Below are positions 21,971 through 35,049 of a stretch of 64,000 nt of DNA, in pieces; the stretch's first letter is position 1, and each line of letters starts with the position of its first letter. The DNA lies in NCBI GenBank assembly GCA_002269645.1, contig NIVC01000217.1, positions 719,793 to 783,792 of the forward strand. Direction: 5' to 3'. The translations under genes were made by a program, and so were the position numbers. This stretch comes from Macrostomum lignano (taxonomy: Eukaryota). The notes under the pieces were generated by a model, which was given only the letters and a program-made list of their open reading frames with translations, made no database searches and was not told where the DNA came from.

Positions 21971-22176
21971 AAGAGATTCATTTGGGAATACCAACGATGT
22001 CGAGGCTTGCTGGGAATCGCTATAATGTTGCAGTGCTATAATGACTCTTGGGGAGAATTACTGAAATGTTAATGATTTAGGATTAGGGTTGCATGGGGTT
22101 AGAAGTTTGACAGGAGATTTTTTTAAGATTTAAGTCTACAAGTAACTAATTAAAAAACGTGCATTGCATTTCTTTG

Positions 22177-22205
22177 GCTCCCCAACGGGGGGCGTAGATT
22201 GCTAG
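22177..22205 (+). other. Helitron-like 3' terminus (GC hairpin + CTAG followed by T)
   Basis: GCTCCCC-AAC-GGGGGGC hairpin, 8 nt, then CTAG|T. Confidence 0.5.
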
Positions 22206-22820
22206 TAGTTTTTATAACATTAGACGCATTCGAATTTTTCATCGAAAAGCGCTATCTGCATGACCACGGGAAAATACAGTTTTACTAATTTAGCAGAAAT
22301 TGGCCAGGCAGTTCTGGAAAAAATCAAATACAGCCACTTATAATTCAAAACAGCGCAAAATGAGTAGACAGACTGCATTTTTAAGAGTCTCTGACTCCTT
22401 TTAATGTACAGACCATGCGAACTGATTTACGCGCTTACACACTCCACCTCTTTCTATCGATTTTATCTTTGGGGCGATATCGCCTTTAAACATGGACGCT
22501 CCATCATTCGCTCGAGCCCTGACCTACGTCTGGCTCTGATATTTCGCATGTTTTGCTTAACCAAAATTAAATTCATTTTTGGATGTATAATTTTTGTCCG
22601 ATTTGAAGAAAAGCTGTGTAATAAGGGAAGAGAAGATAAAAAACGTGTGCATTTTTTGCTAGTTAATATTTTTGTTATTATCCATCACGAATTAAAGGTG
22701 TTGCATTGGCCGCATACTCTTGCACGATCACTACGCAGTTGTACAACTTTTACTTCCAAAACGATAATGCAACCGAAGTCGCATGCAATGTTATAATTGT
22801 AACTCAGATGTCGCATACGC

Positions 22821-23036
22821 TCAAGGGCATGAACAGCAGAAGCACCTGCCAAACCAGTAGGGGTACGACCAGTGTCTCTTCCAGCCGTGGCAGCTGCGGC
22901 AGCGCTCGTCCCGCTTTCCCGGATTGTTGAACCAACATCCCCCATCTCCGACGCCATCGAGTTTGTTGCACGCGCCGCTTATTGGGTGCACCAGGACTGC
23001 CGTAAGACTTAGGAAAAGGAGGAGTGTCGGTAACAT
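22821..23036 (-). CDS. Small secreted 8-Cys peptide, defensin/mytilin-like (71 aa)
   Basis: MLPTLLLFLSLTAVLVHPISG (signal-like) + ACNKLDGVGDGGCWFNNPGKRDERCRSCHGWKRHWSYPYWFGRCFCCSCP*; TTTCAG acceptor 1 nt before the ATG. Confidence 0.75.
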   Translation of the reverse strand: MLPTLLLFLSLTAVLVHPISGACNKLDGVGDGGCWFNNPGKRDERCRSCHGWKRHWSYPYWFGRCFCCSCP

Positions 23037-23307
23037 TCTGAAAGGGTTAAACAACAGGGGAACGCCTACTTGCATTTACTTGAATAAAACAAGCCGGGAA
23101 AATATACAGCCACTTTGAGACCAACAAGAAAATGTTATTGGGTGCCCAAGTATGCTGCACAGATTCATGAAGGCTTGAAATGGAACAAGCAGGGAAAATA
23201 TGATTTTTAATTGACGAATCATCTGCGACTCAACCTTTGTTACTGATTTTGAAATAATTACACTTGGCCTGGTGAGAGCAGCTTTGACTAAAGGGGAAGG
23301 AGCGAGC

Positions 23308-23365
23308 GATGGGATGGGATGGGATGGGATGGGATGGGATGGGAGCGATGGGATGGGAGAGCGAT
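23308..23365. repeat. (GGGAT)n microsatellite
   Basis: Visible short array. Confidence 0.85.
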
Positions 23366-24329
23366 GGGGAAGCAGGGAGAAGAGTTCAGAGGGCTAGACA
23401 GTTGCTATAAGTGCACATGCCTGCATGTGCACGTGACGGCACCAAAAACGAACTCATAATTATTTATAGGATAGGAAAATATTCCAATGTGGTAAATTTA
23501 TGCAACCAGCACGCCAGGAAAAGGTAAAATAATTTTTAGGAATCTATTGGCTGATTTTAAGATCAATTTGATGTATGTGGCATGCACGTGTTCTCGGAAA
23601 TTCTATGAAGCATAATCCATAACTAATAAGTGAGATGCATAATAAATATTTAGCCATTTAAATGCTGCTTGGATGAGGCAAAAAATAAAGCATGGAATTT
23701 TGGGCTTTAAGTTGGCCACAAAATCCTACTGACCTGGAGGCGGCTCAAGTGAGGCACACAATTCATGGTACAGCCTGAGAAAATGACTCACCTGTGCTGA
23801 ATTATTGCTGAGTTGGTGGCTTATTTCTATGACTCACTTAGCTGTCGAAGAGTCTCAAGTTTTCTGCAGAGACCGCGAGATGCATTTATAGAGGCCGCTG
23901 GAGTTAGGAATTTCCGAGTTTTCGAGCCACTCAAATTCCAGTTATTTGCGGCTGGAATTTCAAGCAATTTTCATTTCGATACATCTGCATGAATTCATAG
24001 CCTTTAAGTCCTTCCCATGAATTGAATTGAGATCAAATAATAGACATGTTATTTCAGTTTCAATGTTGATGCTGAGTTGAAATTATAAAATCAATAGTTT
24101 CTAAAAACAAAATAATTTTTTTTAATTTTTTTTTGAATTTTTGACCGAGCAAATTAAAAAAAAAGTTAACCGACAGAATTTGAATGCAATTCAAGTCGCT
24201 GAGCTGTAGAAGATAATGAAAAATGAAGTTTCTTCAATTTTACTTTTTGCACCAAATTTATGCAGCGAATTTTCTCCTTTGGTGCAAAGCCCTGGTGGGT
24301 TAAACTGATTGACTGAACTGATGGCTGTA

Positions 24330-25162
24330 TGAGATTATACTTTTGCGCCCAATTTTTATCTGAGCAATGCTCAAAGCGATGAAGAGTGCGGGATGAGATG
24401 TCCTTCAATCCAATGGAAAGCCGTCACGGCTGCAGACTGGCCAAGTGTGGGTTGGGGATCTGAGGCTTGGGCTTCAAAAATAACTGAGCTGTATGCGCAA
24501 CTGCGGTTCCGCTTGCACAACCGACGGCGGCTCTTGCCCTGCTGTTTTTGCTCCGCTGTGATGGTCCGTCGGTGACTCGGTGCTTGCTGTTTGAAGACGA
24601 TCGAGGGGCAGGTGGAGTCCAAGCATCAGTTCTGTCGGCGCGGCGACTTCCTGGTTAGCGCGTGCTCGGATGACCGATAAGTCAGCAGCAGCTCCTGAAC
24701 CGCCTGCCTCACCGGCACGCCGTCAGCGAGAAAGGCCAGCTTAGAGATCCTCAAGAAGCCATTGAACCTCTCGACTCCGCCATTCTGCTGAGAAGTAGAA
24801 AGGGCAGTATAACGGAGTCCAACGGTGCTTGGCTTCGAAGAGCCTGCGAAGGGCTTCGATACAGGCAGTTGCAGATACAGATGAAGATGCGATGATCTCA
24901 GGCCACTTGGAGATGGTTGACTACAGTGAAAAATCGATGGGACTGCGGCTCCTCGGCTGCCGGCAACTCTTCAACCATGTCGACTTAGATTTCGCCATGG
25001 ACCCACTGGTAGCTCCGTCGCTGACCATGAGACCTTGATTGGGTTGAACATCTTCTCGAACAGGACGCAGGCGCTGCAGCTCCGCACAAAGGTTTTCACG
25101 TCACTATCGCTACACGGCCACCAGACCGTGACCTTGGTTTGTAGTTCAGAACATTGCCCCAT
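24330..25162 (-). mobile_element. Ty3/Gypsy integrase relic
   Basis: VWWPCSDSDVKTFVRSCSAC, LPVGPW, SKWPEI, QQNGGVERFN, LLTYRS; heavily frameshifted. Confidence 0.82.
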
Positions 25163-25164
25163 TA

Positions 25165-26107
25165 GTCATAGCAAATGTTGAAGGTGCAGCCGCTGAACTC
25201 TCCGCTGAAGCTACCAGACGGTGATGATGAAGCAACAGACGATGCAGTCAGGCCATTGGCGGCAAGCACTGCACTGCTGCAATGTCCACTGCGACTGATC
25301 GCATGAGATATGTTGGTCAGTCATGGCTCCGTCTCGTTGAAACAACAGTGAAACGACAATTTATATGGGTTTTTCCCATATTATCGTTTCCTTCTGCCAA
25401 CAGTTCAGGAAGACAACGAACAATGGACCTCGATGGTAACTTTCTCTGTGTGATCTCTAGAGTCACATTCTCAAACTTCAGGCGAGGATCTTTCCTCTTC
25501 AATCAGTATATTTTATAAGATAGCACACTGTACGCGAGCAACGAGGAATAGGAGCAGTAGGGAGAGAGAGTGGGATTTCGAGGCCCAATAGGCAGTGTCG
25601 GTCAGAGGTTGTGCATGCATCACGCGAGGGTCGCATGGCTGGGCTTCTTGCTCGCCGATCATCAGGACTTTTTTTAGGCATGCAGATCTTGTGCATCTGG
25701 GGAGTTGCTGCCAAGGCTGGATGCTTGTTCACGCATCACGCGCGTGTCGGCTGATTTCTCCCATCCTCTTGCTAACGGCGCCTTCGTTTCACTTCAACAG
25801 AACGATGACCAGTCACCTCCACAGTGTCCTCCAATGAAAACCCGGCATTGTGCAGCTCCGTGACAACAGTTGCTCTGATGCAATGAGGTGTATGTTTCCT
25901 CGACAGCTCGGCCTTTCTCAGAAATGGTCCGCATCATCGTACCTAGCGTGTTGTGTCTAACAGCCTGCTTACCGAAATAGCACGGGTTGATGTAGTTTAC
26001 GGCCATGGCCGCAAAAAGACTGCACTGCTCGGAACACCTTTCAAGTACTTATCAGTCGAAATCTTCTCCACGTACTCATTAAATGATTAAACCAGCAAAA
26101 AGGAGTT
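25165..26107 (-). mobile_element. Crypton-type tyrosine recombinase C-terminal relic
   Basis: VFLRP...KQAVRHNTLGTMMRTISEK / AELSRKHTPHCIRATVVTELHNAGFSLEDTVEVTGHRS (HxxR and TGH motifs); candidate C-terminal tail GEFSGCTFNI; frameshifted. Confidence 0.75.
25838..26107 (+). repeat. 270-bp direct repeat, copy 1
   Basis: Appears identical to 31496-31765 by visual comparison. Confidence 0.95.
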
Positions 26108-26197
26108 ACTTACTTACTTACTACTGACGGGGGGCGCAGGCGCCGCGAATAGGCCGCGAGGCCCCTATCGCAACCCCAAGGTAAAAGAGCACAAGGA

Positions 26198-29100
26198 TTA
26201 GCCTTGGGGGTGCGCCCAGTCCCCGCCAGTAGTCGGCAGGTCCGCAGTGGAGGCATCGGCGACCCTCATCCGGCCGGAGTCCCGGACGAAGGCGCGGAGG
26301 TCTCGGATATTGTCCGCGGTGGTCAGCTCGTCCATCCGCTGGGGGTGGCCGAGGTATTTGTGCCGCGCCTTGTTGAAGTAAGGGCAGAAGGTGACGTGAT
26401 GCTCCGCGGTCTCCTCTCCTATGCCACAGAAGGGGCAGGTGGGAGGGCAACCGGTTTGCAACGATATATGTCTCTGGAAGAATCCGTGGCCGGTTAGGAC
26501 CATGCACATCTCCCTGAGGTCGGTTCTGTTAAGCGAAATCAGATAATCAGAGACTTTCCTGTTCAGGTTAGGCATGGCAGAGCGGCTCTGCCTGTACTCG
26601 GTGCAGCTGTTCCAGTGGAGCTGGTGCTGCTGATGGAGCCACCTGTTGATATGGCGGGTGACTTGCGACCTGGGAGTGGGTAGCCTCATCAGACGGTGGT
26701 TGCCGTCTGGGTTGCTGCCCTCCTTGGCGAGAGAGTCTGCGAGCTCGTTGCCCAGGATGTTGCTGTGACCAGGTGTCCAGATAATTCTAATCCTGTTAAG
26801 GACTGAGAGAGATTGCACACTGCGGTGGCATTGAGATACTGTAGCAGCGGAGATATTCTCAGTGGTTAAGGCCTTAATAGCAGCTTGGCTATCAGTGTAG
26901 AAATTAATGTCAAAATTATTAATGTTCGCCTGAAACAGTTGCTGGGCACACTGCTCGATGGCGCAAATTTCAGCTTGGAAAACTGAGGTGTTCTCACCGA
27001 GGTGCAGACTTTCCTGGAGAAGCATCTTACCCTCGTGGAAAATGGCAATACCCGCTCCAGCGCGGCCGTTGAACAGCGAGCCGTCGGTGAAGCAGTGAAT
27101 GCCCTGGCTGCGCCGGTTCACACCGACATCCAGCGGAATGTTGTCTCGGCCAGGGATGGCGGTCTTGAAGCCCCTCCTGATGTTGAGGGCGGGAGGTCGA
27201 CTATCCACATTGCCCAGGTCCATGTGGATGTTGTTAAGGTCGCGGCGGACAAAGTCCATATGCGGGATTAATGTTTTCATTGGCATAAAGCCAGAGGGCG
27301 CGTTATTTAACGTTTTATCTCTGATAAGCCGGGAGGCAGACTTCATAGCCTCCGCCCTAATAAATAGGTGAAGCGGAGGTAGGTTAAGGATAGTGTTCAG
27401 CCCCTCGTAAGGGGTGGACGGGTACGCACCTGTGATGGCACGGCAAATGCTGCCCTGAAGCTGGTACAGCCGCTGACGGGCGGCCTTCTGCTCCAGCACG
27501 CTAGTCCAGATGAGACTCGCGTATGTGATACTGGGCCGGATGATGCCGGTATAAATCCAACGGACCATTCTAGGCGAGAGGCCCCAAGTCGGCCCGATGG
27601 CTCTGCGCAGCTGGGCAAAGCAGCGTTTTGCCCGACCGATGACGTTATCAAGGTGCTTCGTCCGGCGCAGGTCATGCGTTAGCGTCACACCGAGGTATTT
27701 GACCTCCTTCTTGAAGGGGATGTTTCTGCCATAGACAGTGAGGTTTTTCATCTCCCACTTACGGCGCTTGGTGAAAACGACAGCGACAGTCTTAGTGACG
27801 CTGATTTTTAGGCCATGCTGTGTAGCCCAGTCGGCCGCCTTGTCGGCGAATTGCTGCATCAGGTTGCGCAGAGTGGCGGGGTCGGGTCCGCTGACGACCG
27901 CGGCAACGTCATCGGCGTAGCCCGCCCTGGTGATACTGCTGGGAATGTCAGCGGTTAGAAGTTCGTCCATGACGAGATTCCAGAGAAGTGGAGTTAGCAC
28001 GCCACCTTGCGGGCCGCCTTTCATCACCGCCCGGGTGAGGGTAACGCCCATAAGTGTGGATGTCACAAACCTTTTGCGGATCATAAAATAAATCCAGCGA
28101 ACAATGCTGTGTCTTACATTCCTGCGGGAAAGAGAATTTCTGAAGGAGCGGAAGAGGACATTGTCAAATGCTCCTTCGAAGTCAACGAACAACCCGCAAG
28201 CGAGTTGTTTGCTAAGGATGGCACTCTCAATTTTGGAGGTAATGGCGTGGAGAGCATGCTCAGTCGTCCTCCCAGACTGGAAGGCGTACTGGTACTTACT
28301 GACAGGGTCGGAGCGCAGGTCGCACTCTCGAAGCCTCCACAGGATGAGCCTCTCCATCAGCTTAACACAAAAGGAAGTGAGGCTGATGGGCCGGAAGGAT
28401 TTCACGTTGGTGTAGTCACCCTTAGCAGGTTTCGGGATGAACACGACTCTGGACATTCTCCAGATTGTGGGAATGTAACCTGTGGTATAACAGTCAACAA
28501 GCAATTTAGAGAAAGAATCAGCAAAGTTTTGCAGCTTTAGCGCCTCCTGCAGGATACAGGGGGCGATATTGTCAGGGCCAGACGATTTATACGGTTTAAA
28601 AGAATTTGCTGCCAGCTGGAGTAGCTGGGGGTGGCGCACTGCTGGAAAAGCTTGTGATCACAAGGCCTGTGGTCATCGACCACGTACTCCGGTTCGTCAA
28701 CCTGCGGAAAGCAGGTGGAGAAAAGAAGATTTAGCGAACCTTCGGCACTGGTAGTGTAGTTACCATCCAGGTGCAGAAGGGAGTTACACTGAGCTAGCGT
28801 GTCGTGCCTGAGAGTCCTGACCAGCCGGGCTGTGGGGTGTTGCCCTTCCAGGCCGGCGCAGTAGGCTTTCCAGGTGGTCTTCTTAGCCCTTCGGATAGTA
28901 CTTTTGTACATCCTCAGAGCAGAGTGGTAGTTCTCCCAGTCCTCTGGAGTATTCGAGCCGTTTGCGAGGCGTTGCAGTCGGCGGGTGTTTTTCTTCATGC
29001 GAGTGAGCTCTTGACTCCACCAAGGAGAGTATTTCTTCCTGCAAAACAGCTTAGGGGCGTTAGCGCGTATGGCGGTGTTTAGGATCTCAACGATGGAGTT

Positions 29101-30014
29101 GCACCGATGCTCAATGCCAGGGAGATCCTCGCTGGAGTCCGGTAAGTTGGCTTCGGTCAGGAGTTTTAGCAGGTCTCTTCGAAAACCTGTCCAGTCGGCC
29201 TTTTTCAAATTAAGGCGGTCCCGGTTCTCATGACGGGCTCCGACGGAGCTGATGCTGTACTGAATGTACGAGTGGTCGGAAAGCGATGGGAGGTCATCCC
29301 TAACCAGCCAGCTGTGGACCTGATTGAGGGCGTTGTTGGAGACGAGAGTGAGGTCGATAACCTCACGCCGATTAGAGACAATAAATGTGGGTTTGCTGCC
29401 TCTGTTGCAAATGTGTAACGAGGAGGAGTTAATGAAATCAATTAGTAAGTCACCGCGCCTGTTAGTATCGCTACTAGACCAGGCAGTGTTGTGGGCGTTA
29501 GCATCGCAGCTAACGATAAGCTTCCGATCCTGGAGATTACAGAAGTCCGCCAGCTCCTGCAGGAGGGGGGGAGGGACGTCCTCCTGAATGTCCAGGTAAG
29601 CGGAAACGAAGGTCAAGTCAAAGACTGAGAAAGTACACATGTCTTTAGAGCAAAACATTGGCATAAAAGTGGCCGGGAGGTCGTTTTTGACGAGGGCGAT
29701 AGCCCTGGGGGTGTCGTTCGCGCAGAGGTACAGAACCTGATAGCCTGGCGGCAGGCAGGTCGGCTTCCCCTTGCGGGTATACGGTTCCTGAATAAGGTAG
29801 ATGTCAACTTCCTTGTTGGCAAAGGTGCCTGAAAGGTTGCTCGATGCTGCAAGGGCGTGGTGCAGGTTGATCTGAATAATGTGCAGGTTAACAGGTTGGT
29901 TCGCCGGCGGCGGATTATTTATTTGGTTGCTGGTGGCAGTGTCATCATTGGGCTGGCCGTTAAGGTTCGCCCTCAGCGCCCCGCTCCTAGTTTGGCACGG
30001 GGTTGGGAACGGCA

Positions 30015-30015
<1 letters not shown>
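26198..30015 (-). CDS. LINE ORF2: AP endonuclease + RT + RNase H + CCHC; single frameshift near 28625-28635
   Basis: [30 protein letters not shown]; SSGPD, FRPISL, PQGGVL, YADD; FTDGS, QAEICAI, TDSQAAI, PGHS..GNELAD; CPFC..ETAEH. One extra C in a C5 run rejoins the frames. Confidence 0.9.
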
Positions 30016-31076
<1,061 letters not shown>

Positions 31077-31495
31077 TTATCCCAGGATTGCTCCCAGGCG
31101 AGGCTCCGGCAGGCCCCCGGTCCACACTCTGCAAGATCAGGGGGCGGGAGGCCGGCTGTGGGCTTGGGACACAGGCGCCAGGTCGAGTTGACAGCCGACG
31201 CCCGAGCCCTCCCCCACAAGAGCGGCCCTCGAGAACCCGTGTGGTACCAGTTGCAACTAAGGGCTGTCGATGGGTAGTTGGCGCTTAGCCAGCAGCCAAC
31301 TACTTAGCAGCCACCTGCCCCGCAAAAAAGCAGCAGGGGGGATCCGTCCCCCACCAGCAGACCAAGACGAGGAAGCTAGCCGCTTCCACGCCAGGCCAGA
31401 ACGAAAAGGAGGGGGAAGAGCCTCCTCGAAAAACGAAAAGCTGGCGGATGTCACAGAGTCCCTCGGTTTAAGTTGCCGTTTGCCCCCCAGCCGGC

Positions 31496-31765
31496 AAACC
31501 CGGCATTGTGCAGCTCCGTGACAACAGTTGCTCTGATGCAATGAGGTGTATGTTTCCTCGACAGCTCGGCCTTTCTCAGAAATGGTCCGCATCATCGTAC
31601 CTAGCGTGTTGTGTCTAACAGCCTGCTTACCGAAATAGCACGGGTTGATGTAGTTTACGGCCATGGCCGCAAAAAGACTGCACTGCTCGGAACACCTTTC
31701 AAGTACTTATCAGTCGAAATCTTCTCCACGTACTCATTAAATGATTAAACCAGCAAAAAGGAGTT
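31496..31765 (+). repeat. 270-bp direct repeat, copy 2
   Basis: Same sequence as 25838-26107; abuts the LINE 5' end. Confidence 0.95.
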
Positions 31766-32763
31766 GGATAAGAAACTTTCTAAAGGATTGGATTAGGTTG
31801 GCCATATACGTAGAAAATAGTAAGAAAGTGGTCCTTCGCGCCCCTTCAATTTTGTCATAGACATCAAAACGGCAGCGGTCATTAATGGGCCCTCAGATCT
31901 CCGCTTTATTGCTTGTGCGTCTAAGATAACCGCGGCCTCCCCCCTGCTTTCCTAATCTTGCTTGCCTTTTCCTGCCTTCTAAATTGCATGCGTGCATTTA
32001 CGAGTAATGTTTGCTTGAATTAGCTTTGGTACTAACATTTACTGCCTAAACTTCTTACCCCGTCTACTACCTCTCTCCCTCTCACCTGTCTCTTTCCTCT
32101 CTCACCCACTAATCTCTCTCCACTCTCCTCTCTCATCTCCCTATCTTTCCTTTCTCTCTCTCTATACTTTTCTTTACCATCTCGCCTTCTGTCTCATTCT
32201 GAAGGTTTGATTCTCTCATTTGAAGGTTTGAAGGTTTATCGATCCTGAAGGTTTGACTGCAGTTAAAAATTCTGGATGCAATTAGTAGGTATGGATGCAG
32301 TTTAAAGGTCTGAATGCAGTACAAACATCTATGGGGGGGTGCCCGGCACAGAACATCATCCTACCCCAGGGCATTAAGTCTAAGAACATTAAATGATTCA
32401 CTCATGAAAAATTCCCAAAATTCATCATGCTGGCTTTCGTGAGCCACCGAGCATTAAACGGGCATCATCACTTTCTCATCATTACTTTAAATTGCTTTGC
32501 CACTGTTGCATAAAATAAAATGTTTGAATAAAAATATTTTGATCAATTTCCCTTGAAAATAAATTCCTTTCTGCCCTACTACAGCAAAATTCCTCATTTA
32601 GTCACAGCTGGGTGGTATGCTCTGTTTGAATAGGAAATTCCATTGAGTTCGCTGGGCTGTTAACCAAAAAATTTAAATTAAAAATAAAAACTTGCAGTTA
32701 ATTTGGTTTGAGATTAAAGCAACTAGCTTTTGGTTCAGGAGCACTATTGACAGAATTCGCTGC

Positions 32764-33190
32764 TCAGCTCAGCCGGAGCACCCAGTTTCGGTGGTCGCCT
32801 CCGCAGTTCTGGCCCGAGTTTCCATTGCAAGAATAGGCGCAGTCCGAGTAAGGTGCAGCGCCCTGAGACCCGTAGGAGTTGCCGCAGAAGCAATAGTATA
32901 TGGCCTGCAGAGCCGCGAACTGGAAGCCGCCCAGAGCGCACGCTGCCGCACAGCTCGTGAGTCATCATCAAGTTGCTTCTGACAAAAGCGCAACTGGCAT
33001 CGTCTATCGGAGACACCTCGGAGCTGCCGATCCGTGTGAGGCCAATGTGCTTCATGTCTACGACGTCTCTCACGCCATTCACGCCGTCAACGAAGCAGCC
33101 GAGTTCCGAGATCTGGAACTGGCGGCAGAGAGCGGCGCAGATGAGGCAGCTCAGGATCGGAGCAGCGCAGAGGATCCTGCAGAGAGGCAT
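32764..33190 (-). pseudogene. Secreted single WSC-domain protein with one frameshift (~32940)
   Basis: MPLCRILCAAPILSCLICAALC (signal-like), LGCFVD...RD...MTHELCGSV, then shifted frame CALGGFQFAALQAIYYCFCGNSYG...DCAYSCNGNSGQNCGGDHRNWVLRLS*; restoring TG in GTG(TG)CGC repairs it. Confidence 0.8.
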
Positions 33191-33236
33191 GGCCAGGCTG
33201 AGTTTGTCAGTGCGGTATTAAGCAGAAGATTGCCGA

Positions 33237-33654
<418 letters not shown>

Positions 33655-33719
33655 TTATGGGCCACACAATGGGCCAGGCCGGTCACCAGCTAAGTGAAGA
33701 CATTTATTTCATGTACCAC

Positions 33720-34621
33720 CTCTGCAGCGCCGGCACCTATAGGGGGACAACCATGAAGTCCAAATGCCAGAAGTGCCCGCCAGGCTCATACAGCCGCTCA
33801 GGTGCAGCCGCCTGCTCCAAGTGCTGGCCGGGCAGCTTCGCCGCCAGCTGGGGCTCTTCGAGCTGCCAGAAGTGCGCCAAGGGCTCGATGGCCACCACGG
33901 ACGGCTTGTCGAGCTGCACGCCCTGCCCTTCCGGCAGCTTCGTCAGCTTCAGCGGCTCCCCAGCCTGCGTGAAGTGTCCCGCCGGCAGCTCGAGCAAAGC
34001 CGGAGCAGCGAAGTGCAGCAAGTGCCAGCCGGGCTACTTCTCCCCAGCTGGAGCGGCCGCCTACAGGCCATGCCCAGCCGGAAGCTTCTCAGCTGCTGGC
34101 GCCTCCGCTTGCAACATTGCAGGCAATCGGTGGGCAGCTACCTAGACACCGAAAGCGAAAACTGACTGGGGCAGCTGGGAAAGCTGTCCTAACGGATCGT
34201 TAGTTAGCAGGTGAGGCTTGCAAGTCAGCTGCATCACACGTAGAGTTGTCACAGCCGCATGTCCCACCAAGGACGATAGTCAGCGATCCGTCACAAATGC
34301 ATCAATCCTTTCAGGTTCCAGCTGAAGGTGGAGGACAAGCAGGGCAGCGGTGACGACACGGCCCTGAACTCTGTAAAGATGTTCTGCTCGCATAATGGTA
34401 GCTAAGGAAGCCACTCGCTGGAAAGTGCAGCTGGCAGCTGGGGTAACTGGCGCGAATCCTTGCACTGCAACAAGTTTTACTCAGGTATCCAGTTCCGCTC
34501 GGAGCCGTCTCTGGGCGGTGGTGACAACACGGCTGGAAACAATGTCCGCCTGCTGTGCGACGGCAACTGGCAGGATGGTGGCGGCCTGGACTGGGCGACT
34601 GGGCACTGCGGATCACTTGAA
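33720..34621 (+). pseudogene. Cys-rich GCC2/GCC3 (ephrin-receptor-like) repeats fused to a VOMI beta-prism domain; disrupted
   Basis: About 7 CxxC-P-xG-S(Y/F) repeats, then DWGSWESCPNGS, intron 34211-34314 (GT..AG), FQLKVEDKQGSGDDTALNSVKMFC, WGNW...IQFRSEPSLGGGDNTAGNNVRLLC...GLDW; in-frame TAG at 34143 and TAA at 34403. Confidence 0.78.
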
Positions 34622-34632
34622 GCTAGATTATC

Positions 34633-34679
34633 AGTAGTAGTAGCACTAGTAGTTGCAGTAGTAGCTCGTAGTAGTAGTT

Positions 34680-34728
<49 letters not shown>

Positions 34729-34741
34729 CAGTAGTAGTAGC

Positions 34742-34790
<49 letters not shown>

Positions 34791-34812
34791 TAGTAGTAGT
34801 AGTAGTAGTAGC

Positions 34813-34871
<59 letters not shown>

Positions 34872-34903
34872 AGTCGTAGTAGAGTAGTCGTAGTCGTAGT
34901 CGT
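34633..34903. repeat. (AGT)n microsatellite
   Basis: Visible. Confidence 0.97.
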
Positions 34904-35049
34904 AAATATTCAGCTGCAGAAATAGTACACTTGCTTTATTTTTAGTATATAGGACTAGCGATCTTCGCCCCCGATGGGGGACATCTGGATAGAATCCTTG
35001 TTCTTTACAAATAACAAATAGACCGCGAAATAATGCCTTCATAAAAAAC

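Noticed and set aside
31130-31260. Twister-like loop (CTGTG-TCCCAAGCC-CACAG) and GAGGG in the LINE 5' UTR; also a possible HDV P1 pair GCCGGCT/AGCCGGC
   Set aside because: Could not place UAA-P2-GC, P1 or P1.1 in any valid permutation; a covariance-model search would be needed.
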